Shown here: positions 27,601-41,646 of the stretch, in pieces | Position numbering within the stretch: position 1 is the stretch's first letter | Layout: each line of letters starts with the position of its first letter | Source of the DNA: Eledone cirrhosa | Taxonomy: Eukaryota | DNA length: 64,000 nucleotides | Reading direction: 5' to 3' | Assembly: GCA_964016885.1 (NCBI GenBank) | Contig: OZ024758.1 | Coordinates: 35,712,001 to 35,776,000 of the forward strand | The notes under the pieces: model-generated | The model's database searches: none | Seen by the model: the letters and a program-made list of their open reading frames with translations, nothing else | What the model was told of the DNA's origin: nothing | Made by a program: the position numbers and the translations under genes

Positions 27601-28502
27601 TCAGAAGGAACTCCACTGTTGGTGAGAATTCATTTAAGTTCATGGTACTAGCTGTCAGAAGTAACTCCACTGTTGGTGAGAATTCATTTAAGTTCATGGT
27701 ATTAGTTTGTCAGAAGTAACTCCACTGTTGGTGAGAATTCATTTAAGTCATGGTATTAGTTGTCAGAAGTAACTCCAATGTTGGTGAGAATTCATTTAAG
27801 CCATGGTACTAGCTGTAAAAAGTAACTCCACTGTTGGTGAGAGTTCATTTAAGTCATGGTATTAGCTGTCAGAAGTAACTCCAATGTTGGTGAGAATTCA
27901 TTTAAGTTCATGGTATTAGCTGTCAGAAGTAACTCCACTGTTGGTGAGAATTCATTTAAGTTCATGGTATTAGCTGTCAGAAGTAACTCCACTGTTGGTG
28001 AGAATTCATTTAAGTTCATGGTACTAGCTGTCAGAAGTAACTCCACTGTTGGTGAGAATTCATTTAAGTTCATGGTATTAGTTTGTCAGAAGTAACTCCA
28101 CTGTTGGTGAGAATTCATTTAAGTCATGGTATTAGTTGTCAGAAGTAACTCCAATGTTGGTGAGAATTCATTTAAGTTCATGGTATTAGCTGTCAGAAGG
28201 AACTCCACTGTTGGTGAGAATTCATTTAAGTTCATGGTATTAGCTGTCAGAAGGAACTCCAATGTTGGTGAGAATTCATTTAAGTCATGGTACTAGCTGT
28301 CAGAAGTAACTCCACTGTTGGTGAGAATTCATTTAAGTTCATGGTATTAGCTGTCAGAAGGAACGCCACTGTTGGTGAGAATTCATTTAAGTTCATGGTA
28401 TTAGCTGTCAGAAGTAACTCCACTGTTGGTGAGAATTCATTTAAGTTCATGGTACTAGCTGTCAGAAGTAACTCCAATGTTGGTGAGAATTCATTTAAGT
28501 TC
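12613..28502. repeat. Higher-order repeat domain A: 44-monomer, 2,370-bp unit, about 6 copies with length variants
   Basis: Equivalent landmarks lie at 13961, 16331, 18701, 21986, 24193 and 26509 (spacings 2370, 2370, 3285, 2207, 2316). 44x54 minus 8 one-bp deletions plus 2 one-bp insertions gives 2370. Diagnostic variants GCTGTAAAAAG, GGTGAAAATT, CCACAGTT, CATGTTATT and GTAATTCCAAT recur at the same register. A 25-monomer partial copy precedes the series (12991 to 14338 = 1347). Confidence 0.92.
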
Positions 28503-29687
28503 ATGGTATTAGCTGTCAGAAGTCACTCCACTGTTGGTGAGAATTCATTTAAGTTCATGGTACTAGCTGTCCGAAGTAACCCCAATGTTGGTGAGAATTC
28601 ATTTAAGTTCATGGTATTAGCTGTCAGAAGTCACTCCAATGTTGGTGAGAATTCATTTAAGTTCATGGTATTAGCTGTCAGAAGTAACTCCACTGTTGGT
28701 GAGAATTCATTTAAGTTCATGTTATTAGCTGTCAGAAGTAACTCCACTGTTGGTGAGAATTCATTTAAGTTCATGGTATTAGCTGTCAGAAGGAACTCCA
28801 CTGTTGGTGAGAATTCATTTAAGTTCATGGTACTAGCTGTCAGAAGTAACTCCACTGTTGGTGAGAATTCATTTAAGTTCATGGTATTAGTTTGTCAGAA
28901 GTAACTCCACTGTTGGTGAGAATTCATTTAAGTCATGGTATTAGTTGTCAGAAGTAACTCCAATGTTGGTGAGAATTCATTTAAGCCATGGTACTAGCTG
29001 TAAAAAGTAACTCCACTGTTGGTGAGAGTTCATTTAAGTCATGGTATTAGCTGTCAGAAGTAACTCCAATGTTGGTGAGAATTCATTTAAGTTCATGGTA
29101 TTAGCTGTCAGAAGTAACTCCACTGTTGGTGAGAATTCATTTAAGTTCATGGTATTAGCTGTCAGAAGTAACTCCACTGTTGGTGAGAATTCATTTAAGT
29201 TCATGGTAATAGCTGTCAGAAGTAACTCCACTGTTGGTGAGAATTCATTTAAGTTCATGGTATTAGTTTGTCAGAAGTAACTCCACTGTTGGTGAGAATT
29301 CATTTAAGTCATGGTATTAGTTGTCAGAAGTAACTCCAATGTTGGTGAGAATTCATTTAAGTTCATGGTATTAGCTGTCAGAAGGAACTCCACTGTTGGT
29401 GAGAATTCATTTAAGTTCATGGTATTAGCTGTCAGAAGGAACTCCAATGTTGGTGAGAATTCATTTAAGTCATGGTACTAGCTGTCAGAAGTAACTCCAC
29501 TGTTGGTGAGAATTCATTTAAGTTCATGGTATTAGCTGTCAGAAGGAACGCCACTGTTGGTGAGAATTCATTTAAGTTCATGGTATTAGCTGTCAGAAGT
29601 ATCTCCACTGTTGGTGAGAATTCATTTAAGTTCATGGTACTAGCTGTCAGAAGTAACTCCAATGTTGGTGAGAATTCATTTAAGTTC
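27318..29687. repeat. Tandem duplication of a 22-monomer (1,185 bp) block
   Basis: Offsets 27318/28503, 27856/29041 and 28287/29472 all equal 1185, with the same variant order and a few private SNPs in the second copy. Confidence 0.88.
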
Positions 29688-32600
29688 ATGGTATTAGCTG
29701 TCAGAAGGAACTCCACTGTTGGTGAGAATTCATTTATGTTCATGGTATTAGCTGTCAGAAGTAACTCCACTGTTGGTGAGAATTCATTTAAGTTCATGGT
29801 ATTAGCTGTCAGAAGTCACTCCAATGTTGGTGAGAATTCATTTAAGTTCATGGTATTAGCTGTCAGAAGTAACTCCACTGTTGGTGAGAATTCATTTAAG
29901 TTCATGGTATTAGCTGTCAGAAGTCACTCCAATGTTGGTGAGAATTCATTTAAGTTCATGGTATTAGCTGTCAGAAGTCACTCTACTGTTGGTGAGAATT
30001 CATTTAAGTTCATGGTACTAGCTGTCCGAAGTAACCCCAATGTTGGTGAGAATTCATTTAAGTTCATGGTATTAGCTGTCAGAAGTCACTCCAATGTTGG
30101 TGAGAATTCATTTAAGTTCATGGTATTAGCTGTCAGAAGTAACTCCACTGTTGGTGAGAATTCATTTAAGTTCATGGTATTAGTTTGTCAGAAGTAACTC
30201 CACTGTTGGTGAGAATTCATTTAAGTCATGGTATTAGTTGTCAGAAGTAACTCCAATGTTGGTGAGAATTCATTTAAGCCATGGTACTAGCTGTCAGAAG
30301 TAACTCCAATGTTGGTGAGAATTCATTTAAGTTCATGGTATTAGCTGTCAGAACGAACTCCACTGTTGGTGAGAATTCATTTAAGTTCATGGTATTAGCT
30401 GTCAGAAGTAACTCCACTGTTGGTGAGAATTCATTTAAGTTCAGGGTACTAGCTGTCAGAAGTAACTCCAATGTTGGTGAGAATTCATTTAAGCTCATGG
30501 TATTAGCTGTCAGAAGGAACTCCACTGTTGGTGAGAATTCATTTAAGTTCATGGTATTAGCTGTCAGAAGTAACTCCACTGTTGGTGAGAATTCATTTAA
30601 GTTCATGGTATTAGCTGTCAGAGGTAACTCCACTGTTGGTGAGAATTCATTTAAGTTCATGGTACTAGCTGTCAGAAGTAACTCCAATGTTGGTGAGTAT
30701 TCATTTAAGTTCATGGTATTAGCTGTCAGAAGTAACTCCACTGTTGGTGAGAATTCATTTACGTCATGGTATTAGCTGTCAGAAGTAACTCCAATGTTGG
30801 TGAGAATTCATTTAAGTTCATGGTATTAGCTGTCAGAATTAACTCCAATGTTGGTGAGAATTCATTTAAGTTCATGGTATTAGCTGTCAGAAGGAACTCC
30901 ACTGTTGCTGAGAATTCATTTAAGTTCATGGTATTAGCTGTCAGAAGTAACTCCACTGTTGGTGAGAATTCATTTAAGTTCATGGTACTAGCTGTCAGAA
31001 GTAACTCCACTGTTGGTGAGAATTCATTTAAATTCATGGTATTAGCTGTCAGAAGTCACTCCAATGTTGGTGAGAATTCATTTAAGTTCATGGTATTAGC
31101 TGTCAGAAGTCACTCCACTGTTGGTGAGAATTCATTTAAGTTCATGGTACTAGCTGTCAGAAGTAACCCCAATGTTGGTGAGAATTCATTTAAGTTCATG
31201 GTATTAGCTGTCAGAAGTCACTCCAATGTTGGTGAGAATTCATTTAAGTTCGTGGTATAAGCTGTCAGAAGTAACTCCAATGTTGGTGAGAATTCATTTA
31301 AGTTCATGGTATTAGCTGTTAGAAGTAACTCCAATGTTGGTGAGAATTCATTTAAGTTCATGGTACTAGCTGTCAGAAGTAACTCCACTGTTGGTGAGAA
31401 TTCATTTAAGTTCATGGTATTAGCTGTCAGAAGTCACTCCAATGTTGGTGAGAATTCATTTAAGTTCGTGGTATAAGCTGTCAGAAGTAACTCCACTGTT
31501 GGTGAGAATTCATTTAAGTTCATGGTATTAGCTGTCAGAAGTAACTCCACTGTTGGTGAGAATTCATTTAAGTTCATGGTATTAGCTGTCAGAAGTAACT
31601 CCACTGTTGGTGAGAATTAATTTAAGTTCATGGTATTAGCTGTCAGAAGGAACTCCAATGTTGGTGAGAATTCATTTAAGTCATGGTACTAGCTGTCAGA
31701 AGTAACTCCACTGTTGGTGAGAATTCATTTAAGTTCATGGTATTAGCTGTCAGAAGGAACTCCACTGTTGGTGAGAATTCATTTAAGTTCATGGTATTAG
31801 CTGTCAGAAGTAAGTCCACTGTTGGTGAGAATTCATTTAAGTTCATGGTACTGGTTGTCAGAAGTAACTCCACTGTTGGTAAGAATTCATTTTAGTTCAT
31901 GGTATTAGTTGTCAGAAGTAACTCCACTGTTGGTGAGAATTCATTTAAGTCATGGTATTAGTTGTCAGAAGTAACTCCAATGTTGGTGAGAATTCATTTA
32001 AGTTCATGGTACTAGCTGTCAGAAGTAACTCCACTGTTGGTGAGAATTCATTTAAGTTCATGGTATTAGCTGTCAGAAGTAACTCCACTATTGGTGAGAA
32101 TTCATTTAAGTCATGGTATTAGCTGTCAGAAGTAACTCCATTGTTGGTGAGAATTCATTTAAGTCATGGTACTAGCTGTCAGAAGTAACTCCAATGTTGA
32201 TGAGAATTCATTTAAGTTCATGGTATTAGCTGTCAGAAGTAACTCCACTGTTGGTGAGAATTCATTTAAGTTCATGGTATTAGCTGTCAGAAGTAACTCC
32301 ACTGTTGGTGAGAATTCATTTAAGTTCATGGTACTAGCTGTCAGAAGTAACTCCACTGTTGGTGAGAATTCATTTAAGTTCATGGTATTAGTTTGTCAGA
32401 AGTAACTCCACTGTTGGTGAGAATTCATTTAAGTCATGGTATTAGTTGTCAGAAGTAACTCCAATGTTGGTGAGAATTCATTTAAGTTCATGGTATTAGC
32501 TGTCAGAAGGAACTCCACTGTTGGTGAGAATTCATTTAAGTTCATGGTATTAGCTGTCAGAAGGAACTCCAATGTTGGTGAGAATTCATTTAAGTCATGG

Positions 32601-35183
32601 TACTAGCTGTCAGAAGTAACTCCACTGTTGGTGAGAATTCATTTAAGTTCATGGTATTAGCTGTCAGAAGGAACGCCACTGTTGGTGAGAATTCATTTAA
32701 GTTCATGGTATTAGCTGTCAGAAGTAACTCCACTGTTGGTGAGAATTCATTTAAGTTCATGGTACTAGCTGTCAGAAGTAACTCCAATGTTGGTGAGAAT
32801 TCATTTAAGTTCATGGTATTAGCTGTCAGAAGTCACTCCACTGTTGGTGAGAATTCATTTAAGTTCATGGTACTAGCTGTCCGAAGTAACCCCAATGTTG
32901 GTGAGAATTCATTTAAGTTCATGGTATTAGCTGTCAGAAGTCACTCCAATGTTGGTGAGAATTCATTTAAGTTCATGGTATTAGTTTGTCAGAAGTAACT
33001 CCACTGTTGGTGAGAATTCATTTAAGTCATGGTATTAGTTGTCAGAAGTAACTCCAATGTTGGTGAGAATTCATTTAAGCCATGGTACTAGCTGTAAAAA
33101 GTAACTCCACTGTTGGTGAGAGTTCATTTAAGTCATGGTATTAGCTGTCAGAAGTAACTCCAATGTTGGTGAGAATTCATTTAAGTTCATGGTATTAGCT
33201 GTCAGAAGTAACTCCACTGTTGGTGAGAATTCATTTAAGTTCATGGTATTAGCTGTCAGAAGTAACTCCACTGTTGGTGAGAATTCATTTAAGTTCATGG
33301 TACTAGCTGTCAGAAGTAACTCCACTGTTGGTGAGAATTCATTTAAGTTCATGGTATTAGTTTGTCAGAAGTAACTCCACTGTTGGTGAGAATTCATTTA
33401 AGTCATGGTATTAGTTGTCAGAAGTAACTCCAATGTTGGTGAGAATTCATTTAAGTTCATGGTATTAGCTGTCAGAAGGAACTCCACTGTTGGTGAGAAT
33501 TCATTTAAGTTCATGGTATTAGCTGTCAGAAGGAACTCCAATGTTGGTGAGAATTCATTTAAGTCATGGTACTAGCTGTCAGAAGTAACTCCACTGTTGG
33601 TGAGAATTCATTTAAGTTCATGGTATTAGCTGTCAGAAGGAACGCCACTGTTGGTGAGAATTCATTTAAGTTCATGGTATTAGCTGTCAGAAGTAACTCC
33701 ACTGTTGGTGAGAATTCATTTAAGTTCATGGTACTAGCTGTCAGAAGTAACTCCAATGTTGGTGAGAATTCATTTAAGTTCATGGTATTAGCTGTCAGAA
33801 GGAACTCCACTGTTGGTGAGAATTCATTTAAGTTCATGGTATTAGCTGTCAGAAGTAACTCCACTGTTGGTGAGAATTCATTTAAGTTCATGGTATTAGC
33901 TGTCAGAAGTCACTCCAATGTTGGTGAGAATTCATTTAAGTTCATGGTATTAGCTGTCAGAAGTCACTCCACTGTTGGTGAGAATTCATTTAAGTTCATG
34001 GTACTAGCTGTCCGAAGTAACCCCAATGTTGGTGAGAATTCATTTAAGTTCATGGTATTAGCTGTCAGAAGTCACTCCAATGTTGGTGAGAATTCATTTA
34101 AGTTCATGGTATTAGCTGTCAGAAGTAACTCCACTGTTGGTGAGAATTCATTTAAGTTCATGGTATTAGCTGTCAGAAGTAACTCCACTGTTGGTGAGAA
34201 TTCATTTAAGTTCATGGTATTAGCTGTCAGAAGGAACTCCACTGTTGGTGAGAATTCATTTAAGTTCATGGTACTAGCTGTCAGAAGTAACTCCACTGTT
34301 GGTGAGAATTCATTTAAGTTCATGGTATTAGTTTGTCAGAAGTAACTCCACTGTTGGTGAGAATTCATTTAAGTCATGGTATTAGTTGTCAGAAGTAACT
34401 CCAATGTTGGTGAGAATTCATTTAAGCCATGGTACTAGCTGTCAGAAGTAACTCCAATGTTGGTGAGAATTCATTTAAGTTCATGGTATTAGCTGTCAGA
34501 ACGAACTCCACTGTTGGTGAGAATTCATTTAAGTTCATGGTATTAGCTGTCAGAAGTAACTCCACTGTTGGTGAGAATTCATTTAAGTTCAGGGTACTAG
34601 CTGTCAGAAGTAACTCCAATGTTGGTGAGAATTCATTTAAGCTCATGGTATTAGCTGTCAGAAGGAACTCCACTGTTGGTGAGAATTCATTTAAGTTCAT
34701 GGTATTAGCTGTCAGAAGTAACTCCACTGTTGGTGAGAATTCATTTAAGTTCATGGTATTAGCTGTCAGAGGTAACTCCACTGTTGGTGAGAATTCATTT
34801 AAGTTCATGGTACTAGCTGTCAGAAGTAACTCCAATGTTGGTGAGTATTCATTTAAGTTCATGGTATTAGCTGTCAGAAGTAACTCCACTGTTGGTGAGA
34901 ATTCATTTACGTCATGGTATTAGCTGTCAGAAGTAACTCCAATGTTGGTGAGAATTCATTTAAGTTCATGGTATTAGCTGTCAGAATTAACTCCAATGTT
35001 GGTGAGAATTCATTTAAGTTCATGGTATTAGCTGTCAGAAGGAACTCCACTGTTGCTGAGAATTCATTTAAGTTCATGGTATTAGCTGTCAGAAGTAACT
35101 CCACTGTTGGTGAGAATTCATTTAAGTTCATGGTACTAGCTGTCAGAAGTAACTCCACTGTTGGTGAGAATTCATTTAAGTTC

Positions 35184-38100
35184 ATGGTATTAGCTGTCAG
35201 AAGTCACTCCAATGTTGGTGAGAATTCATTTAAGTTCATGGTATTAGCTGTCAGAAGTCACTCCACTGTTGGTGAGAATTCATTTAAGTTCATGGTACTA
35301 GCTGTCAGAAGTAACCCCAATGTTGGTGAGAATTCATTTAAGTTCATGGTATTAGCTGTCAGAAGTCACTCCAATGTTGGTGAGAATTCATTTAAGTTCA
35401 TGGTATTAGCTGTCAGAAGTAACTCCACTGTTGGTGAGAATTCATTTAAGTTCATGGTATTAGCTGTCAGAAGTAACTCCACTGTTGGTGAGAATTCATT
35501 TAAGTTCATGGTATTAGCTGTCAGAAGGAACTCCACTGTTGGTGAGAATTCATTTAAGTTCATGGTACTAGCTGTCAGAAGTAACTCCACTGTTGGTGAG
35601 AATTCATTTAAGTTCATGGTATTAGTTTGTCAGAAGTAACTCCACTGTTGGTGAGAATTCATTTAAGTCATGGTATTAGTTGTCAGAAGTAACTCCAATG
35701 TTGGTGAGAATTCATTTAAGCCATGGTACTAGCTGTCAGAAGTAACTCCAATGTTGGTGAGAATTCATTTAAGTTCGTGGTATTAGCTGTCAGAACGAAC
35801 TCCACTGTTGGTGAGAATTCATTTAAGTGCATGGTATTAGCTGTCAGAAGTAACTCCACTGTTGGTGAGAATTCATTTAAGTTCATGGTACTAGCTGTCA
35901 GAAGTAACTCCACTGTTGGTGAGAATTCATTTAAGTTCATGGTATTAGTTTGTCAGAAGTACCTCCACTGTTGGTGAGAATTCATTTAAGTCATGGTATT
36001 AGTTGTCAGAAGTAACTCCAATGTTGGTGAGAATTCATTTAAGTTCATGGTATTAGCTGTCAGAAGGAACTCCACTGTTGGTGAGAATTCATTTAAGTTC
36101 ATGGTATTAGCTGTCAGAAGGAACTCCAATGTTGGTGAGAATTCATTTAAGTCATGGTACTAGCTGTCAGAAGTAACTCCACTGTTGGTGAGAATTCATT
36201 TAAGTTCATGGTATTAGCTGTCAGAAGGAACTCCACTGTTGGTGAGAATTCATTTAAGTTCATGGTATTAGTTTGTCAGAAGTAACTCCACTGTTGGTGA
36301 GAATTCATTTAAGTCATGGTATTAGTTGTCAGAAGTAACTCCAATGTTGGTGAGAATTCATTTAAGCCATGGTACTAGCTGTCAGAAGTAACTCCAATGT
36401 TGGTGAAAATTCATTTAAGTTCATGGTATTAGCTGTCAGAACGAACTCCACTGTTGGTGAGAATTAATTTAAGTTCATGGTATTAGCTGTCAGAAGTAAC
36501 TCCACTGTTGGTGAGAATTCATTTAAGTTCATGGTACTAGCTGTCAGAAGTAACTCCAATGTTGGTGAGAATTCATTTAAGTTCATGGTATTAGCTGTCA
36601 GAAGTAATTCCACTGTTGGTGAGAGTTCATTTAAGTCATGGTATTAGCTGTCAGAAGTAACTCCAATGTTGGTGAGAATTCATTTAAGTTCATGGTATTA
36701 GCTGTCAGAAGGAACGCCACTGTTGGTGAGAATTCATTTAAGTTCATGGTATTAGCTGTCAGAAGTAACTCCACTGTTGGTGAGAATTCATTTAAGTTCA
36801 TGGTACTAGCTGTCAGAAGTAACTCCAATGTTGGTGAGAATTCATTTAAGTTCATGGTATTAGCTGTCAGAAGGAACTCCACTGTTGGTGAGAATTCATT
36901 TAAGTTCATGGTATTAGCTGTCAGAAGTAACTCCACTGTTGGTGAGAATTCATTTAAGTCATGGTATTAGCTGTCAGAAGTAACTCCATTGTTGGTGAGA
37001 ATTCATTTAAGTCATGGTACTAGCTGTCAGAAGTAACTCCAATGTTGGTGAGAATTCATTTAAGTCATGGTACTAGCTGTCAGAAGTAACTCCAATGTTG
37101 GTGAGAATTCATTTAAGTTCATGGTATTAGCTGTCAGAAGGAACTCCACTGTTGGTGAGAATTCATTTAAGTTCATGGTATTAGCTGTCAGAAGTAACTC
37201 CACTGTTGGTGAGAATTCATTTAAGTTCATGGTATTAGCTGTCAGAAGTAACTCCACTGTTGGTGAGAATTCATTTAAGTTCATGGTACTAGCTGTCAGA
37301 AGTAACTCCAATGTTGGTGAGAATTCATTTAAGTTCATGGTATTAGCTGTCAGAAGTAACTCCACTGTTGGTGAGAATTCATTTAAGTTCATGGTATTAG
37401 CTGTCAGAAGTAACTCCACTGTTGGTGAGAATTCATTTAAGTTCATGGTACTAGCTGTCAGAAGTAACTCCACTGTTGGTGAGAATTCATTTAAGTTCAT
37501 GGTATTAGCTGTCAGAAGTCACTCCAATGTTGGTGAGAATTCATTTAAGTTCATGGTATTAGCTGTCAGAAGTCACTCCAATGTTGGTGAGAATTCATTT
37601 AAGTTCATGGTATTAGCTGTCAGAAGTCACTCCACTGTTGGTGAGAATTCATTTAAGTTCATGGTACTAGCTGTCAGAAGTAACCCCAATGTTGGTGAGA
37701 ATTCATTTAAGTTCATGGTATTAGCTGTCAGAAGTCACTCCAATGTTGGTGAGAATTCATTTAAGTTCATGGTATTAGCTGTCAGAAGTAACTCCACTGT
37801 TGGTGAGAATTCATTTAAGTTCATGGTATTAGCTGTCAGAAGTAACTCCACTGTTGGTGAGAATTCATTTAAGTTCATGGTATTAGCTGTCAGAAGGAAC
37901 TCCACTGTTGGTGAGAATTCATTTAAGTTCATGGTACTAGCTGTCAGAAGTAACTCCACTGTTGGTGAGAATTCATTTAAGTTCATGGTATTAGTTTGTC
38001 AGAAGTAACTCCACTGTTGGTGAGAATTCATTTAAGTCATGGTATTAGTTGTCAGAAGTAACTCCAATGTTGGTGAGAATTCATTTAAGCCATGGTACTA

Positions 38101-39921
38101 GCTGTCAGAAGTAACTCCAATGTTGGTGAGAATTCATTTAAGTTCGTGGTATTAGCTGTCAGAACGAACTCCACTGTTGGTGAGAATTCATTTAAGTGCA
38201 TGGTATTAGCTGTCAGAAGTAACTCCACTGTTGGTGAGAATTCATTTAAGTTCATGGTACTAGCTGTCAGAAGTAACTCCACTGTTGGTGAGAATTCATT
38301 TAAGTTCATGGTATTAGTTTGTCAGAAGTACCTCCACTGTTGGTGAGAATTCATTTAAGTCATGGTATTAGTTGTCAGAAGTAACTCCAATGTTGGTGAG
38401 AATTCATTTAAGTTCATGGTATTAGCTGTCAGAAGGAACTCCACTGTTGGTGAGAATTCATTTAAGTTCATGGTATTAGCTGTCAGAAGGAACTCCAATG
38501 TTGGTGAGAATTCATTTAAGTCATGGTACTAGCTGTCAGAAGTAACTCCACTGTTGGTGAGAATTCATTTAAGTTCATGGTATTAGCTGTCAGAAGGAAC
38601 TCCACTGTTGGTGAGAATTCATTTAAGTTCATGGTATTAGTTTGTCAGAAGTAACTCCACTGTTGGTGAGAATTCATTTAAGTCATGGTATTAGTTGTCA
38701 GAAGTAACTCCAATGTTGGTGAGAATTCATTTAAGCCATGGTACTAGCTGTCAGAAGTAACTCCAATGTTGGTGAAAATTCATTTAAGTTCATGGTATTA
38801 GCTGTCAGAACGAACTCCACTGTTGGTGAGAATTAATTTAAGTTCATGGTATTAGCTGTCAGAAGTAACTCCACTGTTGGTGAGAATTCATTTAAGTTCA
38901 TGGTACTAGCTGTCAGAAGTAACTCCAATGTTGGTGAGAATTCATTTAAGTTCATGGTATTAGCTGTCAGAAGTAATTCCACTGTTGGTGAGAGTTCATT
39001 TAAGTCATGGTATTAGCTGTCAGAAGTAACTCCAATGTTGGTGAGAATTCATTTAAGTTCATGGTATTAGCTGTCAGAAGGAACGCCACTGTTGGTGAGA
39101 ATTCATTTAAGTTCATGGTATTAGCTGTCAGAAGTAACTCCACTGTTGGTGAGAATTCATTTAAGTTCATGGTACTAGCTGTCAGAAGTAACTCCAATGT
39201 TGGTGAGAATTCATTTAAGTTCATGGTATTAGCTGTCAGAAGGAACTCCACTGTTGGTGAGAATTCATTTAAGTTCATGGTATTAGCTGTCAGAAGTAAC
39301 TCCACTGTTGGTGAGAATTCATTTAAGTCATGGTATTAGCTGTCAGAAGTAACTCCATTGTTGGTGAGAATTCATTTAAGTCATGGTACTAGCTGTCAGA
39401 AGTAACTCCAATGTTGGTGAGAATTCATTTAAGTCATGGTACTAGCTGTCAGAAGTAACTCCAATGTTGGTGAGAATTCATTTAAGTTCATGGTATTAGC
39501 TGTCAGAAGGAACTCCACTGTTGGTGAGAATTCATTTAAGTTCATGGTATTAGCTGTCAGAAGTAACTCCACTGTTGGTGAGAATTCATTTAAGTTCATG
39601 GTATTAGCTGTCAGAAGTAACTCCACTGTTGGTGAGAATTCATTTAAGTTCATGGTACTAGCTGTCAGAAGTAACTCCAATGTTGGTGAGAATTCATTTA
39701 AGTTCATGGTATTAGCTGTCAGAAGTAACTCCACTGTTGGTGAGAATTCATTTAAGTTCATGGTATTAGCTGTCAGAAGTAACTCCACTGTTGGTGAGAA
39801 TTCATTTAAGTTCATGGTACTAGCTGTCAGAAGTAACTCCACTGTTGGTGAGAATTCATTTAAGTTCATGGTATTAGCTGTCAGAAGTCACTCCAATGTT
39901 GGTGAGAATTCATTTAAGTTC
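35184..39921. repeat. Higher-order repeat domain B: two tandem copies of a different 44-monomer (2,369 bp) unit
   Basis: Offsets 35184/37553, 35723/38092, 36638/39007 and 37067/39436 all equal 2369. Diagnostic variants TTCGTGGTATT, AAGTGCATGG, AGTACCTCC and GAATTAATTT are absent from domain A. Confidence 0.9.
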
Positions 39922-41646
39922 ATGGTATTAGCTGTCAGAAGTCACTCCACTGTTGGTGAGAATTCATTTAAGTTCATGGTACTAGCTGTCCGAAGTAACC
40001 CCAATGTTGGTGAGAATTCATTTAAGTTCATGGTATTAGCTGTCAGAAGTCACTCCAATGTTGGTGAGAATTCATTTAAGTTCATGGTATTAGCTGTCAG
40101 AAGTAACTCCACTGTTGGTGAGAATTCATTTAAGTTCATGGTATTAGTTTGTCAGAAGTAACTCCACTGTTGGTGAGAATTCATTTAAGTCATGGTATTA
40201 GTTGTCAGAAGTAACTCCAATGTTGGTGAGAATTCATTTAAGCCATGGTACTAGCTGTCAGAAGTAACTCCAATGTTGGTGAGAATTCATTTAAGTTCAT
40301 GGTATTAGCTGTCAGAACGAACTCCACTGTTGGTGAGAATTCATTTAAGTTCATGGTATTAGCTGTCAGAAGTAACTCCACTGTTGGTGAGAATTCATTT
40401 AAGTTCAGGGTACTAGCTGTCAGAAGTAACTCCAATGTTGGTGAGAATTCATTTAAGCTCATGGTATTAGCTGTCAGAAGGAACACCACTGTTGGTGAGA
40501 ATTCATTTAAGTTCATGGTATTAGCTGTCAGAAGTAACTCCACTGTTGGTGAGAATTCATTTAAGTTCATGGTATTAGCTGTCAGAGGTAACTCCACTGT
40601 TGGTGAGAATTCATTTAAGTTCATGGTACTAGCTGTCAGAAGTAACTCCAATGTTGGTGAGTATTCATTTAAGTTCATGGTATTAGCTGTCAGAAGTAAC
40701 TCCACTGTTGGTGAGAATTCATTTACGTCATGGTATTAGCTGTCAGAAGTAACTCCAATGTTGGTGAGAATTCATTTAAGTTCATGGTATTAGCTGTCAG
40801 AATTAACTCCAATGTTGGTGAGAATTCATTTAAGTTCATGGTATTAGCTGTCAGAAGGAACTCCACTGTTGCTGAGAATTCATTTAAGTTCATGGTATTA
40901 GCTGTCAGAAGTAACTCCACTGTTGGTGAGAATTCATTTAAGTTCATGGTACTAGCTGTCAGAAGTAACTCCACTGTTGGTGAGAATTCATTTAAATTCA
41001 TGGTATTAGCTGTCAGAAGTCACTCCAATGTTGGTGAGAATTCATTTAAGTTCATGGTATTAGCTGTCAGAAGTCACTCCACTGTTGGTGAGAATTCATT
41101 TAAGTTCATGGTACTAGCTGTCAGAAGTAACCCCAATGTTGGTGAGAATTCATTTAAGTTCATGGTATTAGCTGTCAGAAGTCACTCCAATGTTGGTGAG
41201 AATTCATTTAAGTCATGGTACTAGCTGTCAGAAGTAACTCCAATGTTGGTGAGAATTCATTTAAGTTCATGGTATTAGCTCTCAGAAGTAACTCCACTGT
41301 TGGTGAGAATTCATTTAAGTTCATGGTATTAGCTGTTAGAAGTAACTCCACTGTTGGTGAGAATTCATTTAAGTTCATGGTACTAGCTGTCAGAAGTAAC
41401 TCCACTGTTGGTGAGAATTCATTTAAGTTCATGGTATTAGCTGTCAGAAGTCACTCCAATGTTGGTGAGAATTCATTTAAGTTCGTGGTATAAGCTGTCA
41501 GAAGTAACTCCAATGTTGGTGAGAATTCATTTAAGTTCATGGTATTAGCTGTTAGAAGTAACTCCAATGTTGGTGAGAATTCATTTAAGTTCATGGTACT
41601 AGCTGTCAGAAGTAACTCCACTGTTGGTGAGAATTCATTTAAGTTC

